A stretch of DNA of 61,956 bases, the filler included. It is 7 parts of 7 records of this genome, joined end to end, with 100 filler letters (N's around TTAATTAATTAA, not from the genome) between each part and the next. Parts side by side here need not be neighbours in the genome. Positions count along the whole stretch, not along the records: positions 45,141 to 61,956 come from SRR31156797_25633; 6 more parts are not named here. The stretch is one strand, 5' to 3'. A program made the translations under genes and the position numbers. Shown in pieces: positions 51,145 to 60,664 of the stretch. The notes beneath the pieces were generated by a model. The model made no database searches, had not been told where the DNA came from, and worked only from the letters and a program-made list of their open reading frames with translations. Position 1 is the stretch's first letter; each line of letters opens with the position of its first letter.

Positions 51145-51303
51145 ATGAAAACATGGAAAAAATTTATTCTGGTTGCCTGTGTGCTCACCATGCTCATTCC
51201 TGCATTCGGATGCAGTGAAGAAGGTCCCATGGAAAAAGCGGGTAAACAACTCGACCAAGCTGCTGACGATGCTGCTGACGCAGCCAAAAAAGTATTCGAA
51301 TAG
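51145..51303 (+). CDS. Small lipoprotein
   Basis: MKTWKK...AFGC lipobox followed by EGPMEKAGKQLDQAA. Confidence 0.75.
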   Translation: MKTWKKFILVACVLTMLIPAFGCSEEGPMEKAGKQLDQAADDAADAAKKVFE

Positions 51304-51445
51304 ACCTGCACACGCCTTACCACGTAAAATAGCCTCTTCACATTGATGCTTCTTTAAAGGAATCATGAGAGTGGAGAGGCTTTTTCCATATCTAAAGGCA
51401 ACATGCAGCTTGCACAATGACCACTTTGAGAGTAATGATTCCTGA

Positions 51446-52720
51446 ATGCAAGCACGTTCAATAAAGCCCCTTCCTCCGGCGAGGCAGGTGGCGCTCGAAG
51501 CACTTTTCCGTTGCCTCATGAATAAGCAGGACATTCAGGCTGCTCTTGATGTAGCGCTCTCCTCCGGCGAAATTGACCCCCGCGATGCGGGCCTCGCCAC
51601 TGAACTCTCTTACGGGTATCTCCGTTATAAAAAACGAATAGAATATGTATTGTCGCGGTTCCTCAAGGATCCCAGCAAACTGACACCAAAAATGCGTCTG
51701 GCCATAGGTGTCGCGGCTTACGAAATCCTCTTTCTCGATAAAGTTCCCGCGTACGCTTCCGTGGACTGGGCCGTAGAATTTTCCAAATCCAAACCGGGCG
51801 CACGACTTGCCGGTCTGTTCAATGCCGTTCTCCGGCGAGTATCCGAACTGGGCGACACTGCTCACGACCCGGATTTTTTCCGTAAGGACGCATCGTTGCC
51901 CGAATTTCTGAGTCGCTGGTACTCCTGCCCGCAATGGCTGGTTGACCTGTGGTGGCGGGAATACGGAGAAAAAGACGCCACCCAGTATCTTGAAGCACAA
52001 CTCAAAGCACCAGCCCTCGGCTTTAATCTGTATGGTCATCCCGAAGCAGAAGAACTGTACGGAGAGATTGCTGGCTGGCCGGAAATTATCGATATCGAAG
52101 GTATGAGCTTTGCCCTGCCTGCAGGGACCTCTTTTGAAGGAGAACCCGATCCGCCCATGTCCCGACAATCCTTTGCGGCACGTCAGGCTGTGGAGGCACT
52201 TGATCCTGAGAAATGGAACAGCCCAATCTGGGACGCATGCGCCGGACGTGGCGGCAAGACTCGGATATTGCTCGAAAAAAACATGCCCGTCTTTGCCTCA
52301 GATCCACACAAAGGTCGACTGGCCGCACTTCAACGGGAACTTCCTGACGTAGAAACCTTTGTGGCCAATGCGGCTACGGATTCTCCGCCGAAAAAGCCCG
52401 GTTCCATCCTGCTCGATCTTCCCTGCTCCGGACTGGGAGTCCTGTCTCGCAGGCCTGACACAAAATGGAAGCGCAAACCCCACGATCTGGCCGACCTGAC
52501 GCGCCTCCAGACCGAGATTCTGCAAAACGCCTACGACCATCTCCTTCCGGGGGGGGAAATCGCCATCATCACCTGCACTTTAAACCCAGAAGAAAACGAA
52601 GGGTTGATCGAAAAATTCGTCAGTGCCCACCCCAAGGTTTCGGTAAAAAAAGAATGGACCACACCACCGAATTCCCCGCTCAATGAATTCTTTTATGCAA
52701 CATTGCTCAAAGTGAATTAA
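51446..52720 (+). CDS. rsmB: NusB-domain/RsmB-type RNA m5C methyltransferase
   Basis: N-terminal NusB-like FNAVLR; WDACAGRGGKT, DLPCSGLG, TCTLNPEEN. Confidence 0.85.
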   Translation: MQARSIKPLPPARQVALEALFRCLMNKQDIQAALDVALSSGEIDPRDAGLATELSYGYLRYKKRIEYVLSRFLKDPSKLTPKMRLAIGVAAYEILFLDKVPAYASVDWAVEFSKSKPGARLAGLFNAVLRRVSELGDTAHDPDFFRKDASLPEFLSRWYSCPQWLVDLWWREYGEKDATQYLEAQLKAPALGFNLYGHPEAEELYGEIAGWPEIIDIEGMSFALPAGTSFEGEPDPPMSRQSFAARQAVEALDPEKWNSPIWDACAGRGGKTRILLEKNMPVFASDPHKGRLAALQRELPDVETFVANAATDSPPKKPGSILLDLPCSGLGVLSRRPDTKWKRKPHDLADLTRLQTEILQNAYDHLLPGGEIAIITCTLNPEENEGLIEKFVSAHPKVSVKKEWTTPPNSPLNEFFYATLLKVN

Positions 52721-52734
52721 CACAGAGATGTCCT

Positions 52735-52772
52735 AAAAAAAGGCCCTGCCATTCACCAATGGCAGGGCCTTT
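52735..52772. terminator. Bidirectional intrinsic terminator
   Basis: A7-GGCCCTGCCATT...AATGGCAGGGCC-TTT between convergent genes. Confidence 0.85.
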
Positions 52773-52788
52773 ATCATAACCGTATTCT

Positions 52789-53373
52789 CTACCGTGCACC
52801 CAATTTCGCTCCCAGCCAATTTTTCGGAGTGACTGACTCCGGCACACCTTCTCGTGCGTCCACACCCCGCGCTTCGCGCAATTTATCTTGATAAACCTTC
52901 CAATAGGACTGAGCCAACGTGGTGGAACCTGAAAGCGGGTATGCCAAAGTTGCAGCCATACGCGCCGAAAGTGTTTCGGCCAGCAGGGAATCATACTTCT
53001 TTGGATCAGCCTCACAACGGACATAGGAGATAAATAGCGGGGCTTCCTCGTCACACAAAATGATATTGGATTGAATTTCCCAATCACGGACTTCTTCCCC
53101 GTTGGCACCGACTACTTGAATTATACGCAAAAAATCCACAGGCAGGTTGTACTTGTATTCCCACCGCCACAAGGGGGCCACTGTCCCGGCGGCCAGCTCG
53201 GCCTGAGCCATGGCGCAATTCCAAGGGTGAGACCGCAAGACGGCATCACGCACGGCAGGCCAACGATGATTACACAACCCCGCAGCCTTTGAATTGTCCC
53301 CAAGGGACATGATAACGTCCTCACCCAAATCAAGCAGTGCATTGTTACAAATCTCAATCACACTCGTTGCCAT
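52789..53373 (-). CDS. Phage tail tubular protein A / head-tail adaptor-like protein (T7 gp11-like podoviral family), solitary
   Basis: S..EICN.AL..LGE..I.SL...S..A..C, RDAVLRSHPWNCA, W.Y.Y.LP.DFLR, LA..LAYPL, L.EAR..DA.EG; GAGAGG RBS 8 nt before the ATG at 53373. Confidence 0.75.
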   Translation of the reverse strand: MATSVIEICNNALLDLGEDVIMSLGDNSKAAGLCNHRWPAVRDAVLRSHPWNCAMAQAELAAGTVAPLWRWEYKYNLPVDFLRIIQVVGANGEEVRDWEIQSNIILCDEEAPLFISYVRCEADPKKYDSLLAETLSARMAATLAYPLSGSTTLAQSYWKVYQDKLREARGVDAREGVPESVTPKNWLGAKLGAR

Positions 53374-53615
53374 AGTCATTACCTCTCTTTTCACTCGTTC
53401 ATTGAGTGCATCCCGGCGGCACGGCACTATGACCGCACCCAAAAAAGATAGCACGGATTTCGAACAACCCGACAAATGTTAACGAATGTCATAAAAAAGC
53501 AGACGATCGGCATATAAAAGCGCCTTGACATACTTCTCAATCAAGTCACCCTACGGACAACAAAAAAAGCGCCCTCCCAAATCGGAAAGGCGCCTATGAA
53601 AAATCACTTCAAGGA

Positions 53616-54611
53616 TTACACTTCGTCGAACAATCTCCGAATTTCATCCATGTCCGAGGTAAGCCCAAGGGCGCACATCAACCGAATTCGCGCCTTAGGA
53701 CCACCCAACCTTCCGCAGAGGATAACCCCCTTGCTCTCAAGGTCTGCGCCGCCGCCGGGATATCCATACACCGGCCAAACCCCGCCTTCGATACACCGGG
53801 TTGCCAACACTACAGGAATACCATCTTTCATACACTCTTCAAGGCCGGGCACGGCTTCCGGCGGGATATTGCCTGCGCCAAACCCTTCAACGACAACACC
53901 TTTGATTCCAAGACTTTTAGCATTATCGATAAATGACCGGTCCATTCCCGTATACGCGGTAATAAGGGCTACATTCTCATCAATGGATTCCGGACTGATT
54001 TTCCGCCTCCGATTGGGGGTAGAATGTCGCCTCGCCAGAACGACGGACTCCCCAGCAACGTATCCAACCACCCCAGCCTCCCGAGACTCGAATGCATCCA
54101 CATTCAGAGAATTCACCTTGACGGCTTCACGGGCAGAAAAAATACGATCGGTCATCAAAATACAGGCGCCGACACCTGAAGGCAACGGGAGCAGACAGGC
54201 ACGAATACCATTAGTCAAATTACGAATGCCGTCATACCCGGATTCTGAATAGTAGCGCATAGACCCGGTCAAAATAATCGGTTTGTCCGAATCAATGACA
54301 AGATCACACATGTAGGCTGTTTCGACCAAGGTGTCGGTGCCATGCAAAATAATAGCTCCGATGACACCCTCTTCACTCAAAGCTGCTTCAACGTCCCTGG
54401 CAAGTTGAAACATGTCCTTCGGCGTCATGTGAGGACTCGGTTTGTCCGACCACAAAACAGGCCGCAAGGATACATCTTCACCTTGGGGAACAAGCTGTTT
54501 AAGCAGTTGGTCGAAGTTACCGCCGGGAGCGACTCCTGGCACACCTTCAACCGGAGACATTCCAATAGTTCCACCTGTAAAAAACACTGCTATTTCAGTC
54601 TTTTTTGCCAT
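53616..54611 (-). CDS. L-asparaginase (cytoplasmic)
   Basis: TGGTIGM, HGTDT, TGSMR, EGFGAGN. Confidence 0.93.
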   Translation of the reverse strand: MAKKTEIAVFFTGGTIGMSPVEGVPGVAPGGNFDQLLKQLVPQGEDVSLRPVLWSDKPSPHMTPKDMFQLARDVEAALSEEGVIGAIILHGTDTLVETAYMCDLVIDSDKPIILTGSMRYYSESGYDGIRNLTNGIRACLLPLPSGVGACILMTDRIFSAREAVKVNSLNVDAFESREAGVVGYVAGESVVLARRHSTPNRRRKISPESIDENVALITAYTGMDRSFIDNAKSLGIKGVVVEGFGAGNIPPEAVPGLEECMKDGIPVVLATRCIEGGVWPVYGYPGGGADLESKGVILCGRLGGPKARIRLMCALGLTSDMDEIRRLFDEV

Positions 54612-54640
54612 ACTTCATCCATTGTTGCGGTTCGTTGCAG

Positions 54641-55267
54641 TTATTTGTTTTTCAAAGAGTTTACCTGACAAGCAACGGCCTCTTGCAGAGCCTTGCGGAA
54701 GACATTCTCATGCACAGCTCCCGTAATGGGAGGCACGTTCTCGACAATAAACGTCGGCAATGCGGTCACGCCAGCGGCACGCGCTGCTTCAGACCCTGCG
54801 GCGACGAGCTCAGCATATTCGTGTTCTTCAAGGGCCGCTTGAAGCCCTGCCCGACCAAGACCACAGGATTCACCCACATCCAACAGTACTTCCATGTCAC
54901 CGATGTTCTTTCCATCCGTAAAACCGGCTTTGAAGACCGCGAGATGAAATGCGTGATAAGCTCCATGCTCGCGAGCATACTCTGCAGCTTCAAGAGAAAG
55001 TCGGGTGTTGCTCAACAAGGCCATATCGCCAAAGGCAATTCCATACGGCTTACCTCGTTGGTTACATGTAATGACGGCCTGATCAATATCAAACTGGTTG
55101 AAGCGCTCAGTCATTGGTTGCCCCTGCACCGGAGTTTCCGGGTGCAGTTCGTGCGGAACCCATGTGTCCTCAATATCAAATTCATTTTTTAGGTGGTCGA
55201 CAATCCCCGTGCCGACATAGCAAAATGGTCAACCAAAATCAGAAAAGACTCGTATCTTGATGGGCAT
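54641..55267 (-). CDS. DsbA/FrnE-family selenoprotein (UxxC), 208 aa
   Basis: MPIKIRVFSDFG-U(TGA at 55231-55229)-PFCYVG...ELHPETP continues in frame into the 54641..55129 ORF; GVTALPTF. Confidence 0.85.
55196..55216 (-). promoter_or_regulatory. Bacterial SECIS hairpin
   Basis: GUCGGCA-CGGGGAU-UGUCGAC, starting 13 nt 3' of the UGA, with a G-rich apical loop. Confidence 0.7.
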
Positions 55268-55404
55268 AATGTTTCCTTGTTTTTCCAAATCTAAGTTTCA
55301 GGCGGGAAAAGTAAAGGAACATTTTTGGATGGTAGCGTTCAAAAAGTAAGGGGAAAACAAGTACTAGACGGCATCAATCTCACTTATAAAAGTTGCTAAA
55401 GCTC

Positions 55405-55578
55405 AAACAAAAGAAATCGGTCGGGAGCCTTTCCTCTCTCCCGACCGATGAGTCAGTCATGCAGAGATAACTGACACGTGCCGGGTAGGCACAGGGACTC
55501 TCAAACCTCGCATATACCCGGCTGTCTTGGTTCGATGGTATATCGAACCTAAAACAAAATTCACAATTCATATCCTTC
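55405..55578 (-). ncRNA. Candidate sigma54-dependent structured small RNA (~175 nt)
   Basis: Four consecutive hairpins, the last a 12-bp terminator with a U-rich tail; G-U wobbles favour the minus strand; sigma54 promoter directly upstream. Confidence 0.6.
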
Positions 55579-55588
55579 TTTCAACTCA

Positions 55589-55604
55589 TGCAAAATGAAG
55601 GCCA
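55589..55604 (-). promoter_or_regulatory. Sigma54 (-24/-12) promoter
   Basis: TGGCCTTCATTTTGCA, with GG-N10-GC spacing. Confidence 0.65.
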
Positions 55605-55853
55605 TAAAAACCAGCCCTATTTGGCCGCTTTTTCTTTGAAACAGCGGCTTTTCTTTACATTTTTAGCAAAATCTCAAAACGGAATTGCCCTTTTTGGCAA
55701 ATTTACTCATTTTAAATTTTCACCAAACAGCAGGGCCTTCTCGATTCCTTTATTCTATTTTTCAATTACCCATTTGACCTGTTTCCCTGACAGTTATATA
55801 TTATAGATAATAAGAACAGCAATCTGGGAGCACGCCGAACGAGGGAGGTTCCC

Positions 55854-56306
55854 ATGCACATGAAGACAAAAAGCGCACTGGCCGTATTTACGGGCCTCCT
55901 TGTGGCCTTTGCCACGGTCTTTCTCTTTGACTACACCGACAATTACATGGAGGACCGTTTTGTCCGAGCCATCGAAAAACAAAAAACCTATGTAGGGGAT
56001 ACTTTTTCATTGGATGCACTCATGGAATACTACGACTGGGACGTCGTTTGTATCCTCCTGCCGGGCGAAGAACATTCCCTCAAAAACAGACTGGGACGCC
56101 CATATAAAGGAAAGAAGATAGGCCCGAATTCATGGAGCTTAATTTTCGTCAAAGGCAAGAGCGTTCTTGCGGAAATCCCCATAAAACGAACTTTCCTTCG
56201 CCCACCACCCCAACTTAAAGAGGAATGTTTCGAAAGATGGGCTGCCATCTTCAGTGTCAACTATGATCAAAACGGCGACTTGCGACTTTTCGTTGTCGAC
56301 CAATGA
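55854..56306 (+). CDS. Membrane-anchored hypothetical protein
   Basis: GGAGG RBS; N-terminal TM helix; 6 nt upstream of the sirtuin gene. Confidence 0.7.
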   Translation: MHMKTKSALAVFTGLLVAFATVFLFDYTDNYMEDRFVRAIEKQKTYVGDTFSLDALMEYYDWDVVCILLPGEEHSLKNRLGRPYKGKKIGPNSWSLIFVKGKSVLAEIPIKRTFLRPPPQLKEECFERWAAIFSVNYDQNGDLRLFVVDQ

Positions 56307-56312
56307 GGCACC

Positions 56313-57056
56313 ATGTCCAATCACGCCCTTGAGAATGCAGCTCAGGCACTCAAAAACGCACGCTGCGCCATGGCCTTTACCGGCGCGGGAATTTCCGTAG
56401 AATCTGGCATACCGCCTTTTCGCGGCCCCGGAGGAGTCTGGTCTAAATATGATCCGGACAAATTTGAAAAAGGATACTTCAAACGGCACCCAGATGAAGT
56501 CTGGCCGCTCCTGAAGGAAATATTCTTTGACATGCTGGGGAAAGCCAAACCCAACCCGGCGCATATTGCGTTAGCCCAATTGGAAAGCCAAGGGAAACTG
56601 GCTGGAATCGTCACGCAAAACATTGACTCATTGCATCAGGCTGCGGGCAGCTCAGTGGTCCACGAATATCACGGCTCCACCCGGCGTATGCAATGCATGA
56701 CTTGCCGCACATTTTTCGATTCTCATTCCATTTCTCTGGATAAGCTTCCCCCGGCCTGTCCAGCCTGTGGAGGATTGCTCAAGCCGGATTTCATTTTCTT
56801 TGGTGAAGGCATTCCCACTGAAGTACACCATGCGGCAACAGACCTCGCCAAGCAATCGGACGTCTGCCTGATCGTGGGCACAGGAGGACAAGTCATGCCT
56901 GCCGGACGCATTCCGTATATCGTGAAAAATCGTGGCGGGACAATCATTGAAATCAATCTCTATGATACGGACTACAGCTACACGACCAGTGACTATTTCC
57001 TCCAAGGAAAAGCCGGAGAAATGACGCCGAAATTGGCACGGTTGGCGATGGCGTAA
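56313..57056 (+). CDS. cobB: NAD-dependent protein deacylase (sirtuin)
   Basis: GAGISVESGIPPFRG, TQNID.LH, HG, zinc-binding CxxC pairs. Confidence 0.93.
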   Translation: MSNHALENAAQALKNARCAMAFTGAGISVESGIPPFRGPGGVWSKYDPDKFEKGYFKRHPDEVWPLLKEIFFDMLGKAKPNPAHIALAQLESQGKLAGIVTQNIDSLHQAAGSSVVHEYHGSTRRMQCMTCRTFFDSHSISLDKLPPACPACGGLLKPDFIFFGEGIPTEVHHAATDLAKQSDVCLIVGTGGQVMPAGRIPYIVKNRGGTIIEINLYDTDYSYTTSDYFLQGKAGEMTPKLARLAMA

Positions 57057-57138
57057 TGATTATCCGTACTTCATTCAAACAAAAAGCCTCTCATCCATGA
57101 AATGGACAAGGGGCTTCGCCTTTCCTTTGTAAAAAAAC

Positions 57139-58116
57139 TTATGCAAGGTCTTTCTGGTGCCAATCCCAAGCGGTTTGCACGATGTCTCGAACATCGCCGA
57201 ACTGCGGTTTCCATCCCAGCACTTCACGCGCGGCTTTGGCTGAACTGACAAGAGCCGGGGAATCTCCGGGACGGCGGCCAGATTCTGTCACCGGGATATC
57301 CTTACCCGAAACTTCCCGCGCTACATCAATAATTTCACGTACCGAGAAGCCATTGCCATTGCCAAGGTTGAAGGCTCGCGATGCTCCACCTGACTCAAGG
57401 AACTCCAACGCCTTCACATGCGCATTCGCCAAGTCGGTAACATGAATATAATCACGCAGGCAGGTACCATCTGGAGTGGGATAATCCGTTCCAAAGATGG
57501 TAATATTATCGCGCAAACCAAGCGCGGCATGTAAAATAAGCGGGATAAGATGCGTTTCCGGCTGATGCCGTTCGCCGATTTCACCATCGGGGTCTGCGCC
57601 TGCAGCATTGAAATATCGCAAACATATGTGCTTGAGGCCATAGGCATGATCATAATCAGCCAACATCTGCTCAATCATCCGCTTAGACCATGCATAGGGA
57701 GACAACGGAGAAAGAGGGTGATCTTCAGCGATAACATCAGTTACCGGCTCTCCGTACACTGCCGCCGTTGATGAAAAAACCAGTCGCTTCACATCGGCTT
57801 CCAGCATGGCATCCAACAAATTCAAAGTATTGCGAACGTTATTTCCGTAATATATGTCAGGTTTTGCCACGGATTCTCCCACGGCAATAAACGCGGCAAA
57901 ATGCAGGACCTCACCAATATCATGTCGGGAAAAAACGCCTTTCAAAAACGCAGGATCGGCCAGATCACCCTGCTCAAACTCGCCCCATTTGAGGAAATCA
58001 CGGTGGCCGGCAACCAAAGAATCCAAAACCACGACCTCACGCCCCAAAGAAGCCAAGGCTTTGGCCGCATGGGAACCAATATATCCGGCACCGCCGGTGA
58101 TAAGTGTCTTTTTCAT
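57139..58116 (-). CDS. galE: UDP-glucose 4-epimerase
   Basis: TGGAGYIGSH, FSSTAAVYG, YAWSK, LRYFNAAGA, RDYIHV. Confidence 0.95.
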   Translation of the reverse strand: MKKTLITGGAGYIGSHAAKALASLGREVVVLDSLVAGHRDFLKWGEFEQGDLADPAFLKGVFSRHDIGEVLHFAAFIAVGESVAKPDIYYGNNVRNTLNLLDAMLEADVKRLVFSSTAAVYGEPVTDVIAEDHPLSPLSPYAWSKRMIEQMLADYDHAYGLKHICLRYFNAAGADPDGEIGERHQPETHLIPLILHAALGLRDNITIFGTDYPTPDGTCLRDYIHVTDLANAHVKALEFLESGGASRAFNLGNGNGFSVREIIDVAREVSGKDIPVTESGRRPGDSPALVSSAKAAREVLGWKPQFGDVRDIVQTAWDWHQKDLA

Positions 58117-58163
58117 GAGGTCGTCATACTCCACTGATCAACGAAAGAGAAGTGGACTTTGTG

Positions 58164-59798
58164 CTATGACTGCATACGTCCGATCAATTCCTTGAGAGAT
58201 CCGGCCAGGGTGGATAAATCATTTAACGCGGCCCGGGACTCGCCCATGGCGTGAGCTGTTTCACTTGAAATGGTATTGATCTCATCTGTAGCCCGATTGA
58301 CCTGCTCACTCGTCGCAGACTGTTCTTCCGCTGCCGTGGCAATGGAGCGAACCTGATCCGCAGCTGTATCCACACTTTCCCGAATGCGCTGCATGGATTC
58401 ACCGGCCTTGGAAACCAGTTCCGTGGACTGTTGAATTGAAGCAACCGCATTCTCCGTGGCCGCAACATTTTCCTGTGTACCCGTACGGATGGACTGGATA
58501 GCCCCATGCACTTCCTTGGTCGCGTCCATGGTCTTCTCTGCCAGCTTGCGCACTTCATCCGCAACCACGGCAAATCCACGCCCGGCCTCACCGGCACGGG
58601 CTGCTTCGATAGCCGCATTTAACGCTAACAAGTTGGTCTGGTCGGCTATATCATCAATGACCTGCATGATAGCCCCGATGTCTTCAGTCTGCCTATCCAG
58701 TCCGGCCATGGACTCCTTGAGTTGTGCCGACTGTGTACCAACACCTTGAATCGCACCGACCACCTGATGCACCAACTCAGCCCCTTCTTCAGCGATACTG
58801 CGCATCCCCTCCGCATTACTGGAGGCGTCAGCTGCATTTCGAGCGACTTCGAGAACCGTGGCATTCATCTGTTCCATAGCCGTAGCGGTTTCACTGGCCC
58901 GATCCCGTTGAATGTCCGAACCATGGCTCGCCTCGTCCACCTGCTGCGTCAACATCGAAGACGCGGCGTCGAGCTGATCTGCGATGGAATCGGCTTCCTT
59001 GGCTGTTTCCATGAGCAATTCATGTTGATGTTTAGCCTCTTGCTCACTTTGCTTGATTTCGGTTGTCTCGGTCAGGATAGTAAAAGCACCAACAATCTTC
59101 CCATCCAAATCCTTAATCGGTGAAATATCCACGAGCAGATGATATGGACGGCCCTTGCGCCCTTCGCCAGCGGTGGCCTGACCGATGATGACTTTGTCTT
59201 CGCGCATGCACTGACCAAGCATGGTGGATCGATTGGCATCACCATAAACGAATTCAGCCATGGGCATACCAATAAAAGTTTCCGGAGGTTCATCAATCTG
59301 AAGTAAATCAAGTTCAGGCTGATTCAAAAAAGTGATAACCTCATCCTGATCAACAACCACACAAGGTTGGGTCATGTTGGTCAACAACCCTTGCGACATA
59401 CCCAGCTTGGTCTTGAGTTCCGCTGTCATGTCCTGCACGGCACCAATGGTTTCACTGATGATGTCCTTGGCTTCGTAATGAATGGTGGCGTTGTAATTGC
59501 CCTTGGCCACCTCATGCGTAAACTCGGAAAGATTGGAAAGGGGCTTGATCAAGGTCTTGACCAAAATGGCGCCGCCAAGGAAAGAGACCAGTATTCCGCA
59601 CGTGACTATAATAGCACTGATTAACAAGACGCCATTGATAATGTCGTCTCGACTGGCTTGATCAAGATTCAATCCATCCAGGACGGAATTGACCTGAAAA
59701 ATGATACCACAGGCAAGAATGATGGCCGTAACTGCCACCATAAAGACAACACCGCTGACGAGCTTGAAACGAAAAGGAACTTTCTTCGGATTGAACAT
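58164..59798 (-). CDS. Methyl-accepting chemotaxis protein (TM-HAMP-PAS-MA)
   Basis: [40 protein letters not shown]. Confidence 0.95.
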   Translation of the reverse strand: MFNPKKVPFRFKLVSGVVFMVAVTAIILACGIIFQVNSVLDGLNLDQASRDDIINGVLLISAIIVTCGILVSFLGGAILVKTLIKPLSNLSEFTHEVAKGNYNATIHYEAKDIISETIGAVQDMTAELKTKLGMSQGLLTNMTQPCVVVDQDEVITFLNQPELDLLQIDEPPETFIGMPMAEFVYGDANRSTMLGQCMREDKVIIGQATAGEGRKGRPYHLLVDISPIKDLDGKIVGAFTILTETTEIKQSEQEAKHQHELLMETAKEADSIADQLDAASSMLTQQVDEASHGSDIQRDRASETATAMEQMNATVLEVARNAADASSNAEGMRSIAEEGAELVHQVVGAIQGVGTQSAQLKESMAGLDRQTEDIGAIMQVIDDIADQTNLLALNAAIEAARAGEAGRGFAVVADEVRKLAEKTMDATKEVHGAIQSIRTGTQENVAATENAVASIQQSTELVSKAGESMQRIRESVDTAADQVRSIATAAEEQSATSEQVNRATDEINTISSETAHAMGESRAALNDLSTLAGSLKELIGRMQS

Positions 59799-59978
59799 GT
59801 GCACCCACCCTGATTGGTTGCCGGAATCGACCGTCCACATCCGCACGGGACAGTCAATACTCTAAATATTCTTTAGACCACTACGAGGCCCAAAGAAATC
59901 TGTCAACCAGGGAGGCTGAAATCAAGGGACAAACACACCTGCAATCGCGACTATTTTCATGCCTACAACACGAGAAAA

Positions 59979-60518
59979 TTACTCGTCGCTACTCCACATG
60001 CCGCTATGGACCCAGCCAAGATATTTCCGTGCGAGAAACCCAGCGACTTCCTTGGCGTCATCAAGACCGAACTTGGGCACATCCGCATCCACGCCCCGAT
60101 CTGTCACCATGGCGATGATATTCCTGTCATCCTGATTCTGTCTGGTGCATAAAGGATTCTGATGCACGTCCCCACGATGCACTTCAACTTTGGGGCTGTC
60201 GGAATTGAAATAACCCTCGGTCAAAATCATGTGTTTTCCCGGGAACAGGCTTTCCGCCAATTCAGGCAAGGTATGTTCATGGTCCACACTCTTGATCATG
60301 GCAATTCTGTCAGGCGAAGAGATGACCACGGTCTCAGCTCCGGCCTGTTTCAACCGCCAGGAATCCTTGCCCTCATGATCAATTTCAAAAGAATGAGCGT
60401 CGTGCTTGATAGCCCCCACGGACACCCCAAGGGCTTTCAACTCTGGCAGCAATTTTTCAATGAAAGTTGTTTTGCCGGACTTTTTCTTTCCGACAATGCA
60501 TATAATCTGTGGTTGCAT
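59979..60518 (-). CDS. mobB: Molybdopterin-guanine dinucleotide biosynthesis protein B
   Basis: GKKKSGKTT, IKHDAH.FEID..GKDSW, EG. Confidence 0.93.
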   Translation of the reverse strand: MQPQIICIVGKKKSGKTTFIEKLLPELKALGVSVGAIKHDAHSFEIDHEGKDSWRLKQAGAETVVISSPDRIAMIKSVDHEHTLPELAESLFPGKHMILTEGYFNSDSPKVEVHRGDVHQNPLCTRQNQDDRNIIAMVTDRGVDADVPKFGLDDAKEVAGFLARKYLGWVHSGMWSSDE

Positions 60519-60664
60519 ATATCCCCCTCATTTTCGTCAAATTTTGGTCCTTTTGGCAGGAAAAATGACTATACGCAAGCGCAAAGAAAAAATCGACGAC
60601 TCTTTACATCAATCCGTACCGGTGCCACTCTATTTCATCCATACTTTCGACGACAAGGACGGTT

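Noticed and set aside
55380-55571. 63-aa minus-strand ORF over the structured RNA
   Set aside because: The SD-like sequence is only 1 nt from the ATG, the ORF runs through a strong terminator, and it has no protein-like features.
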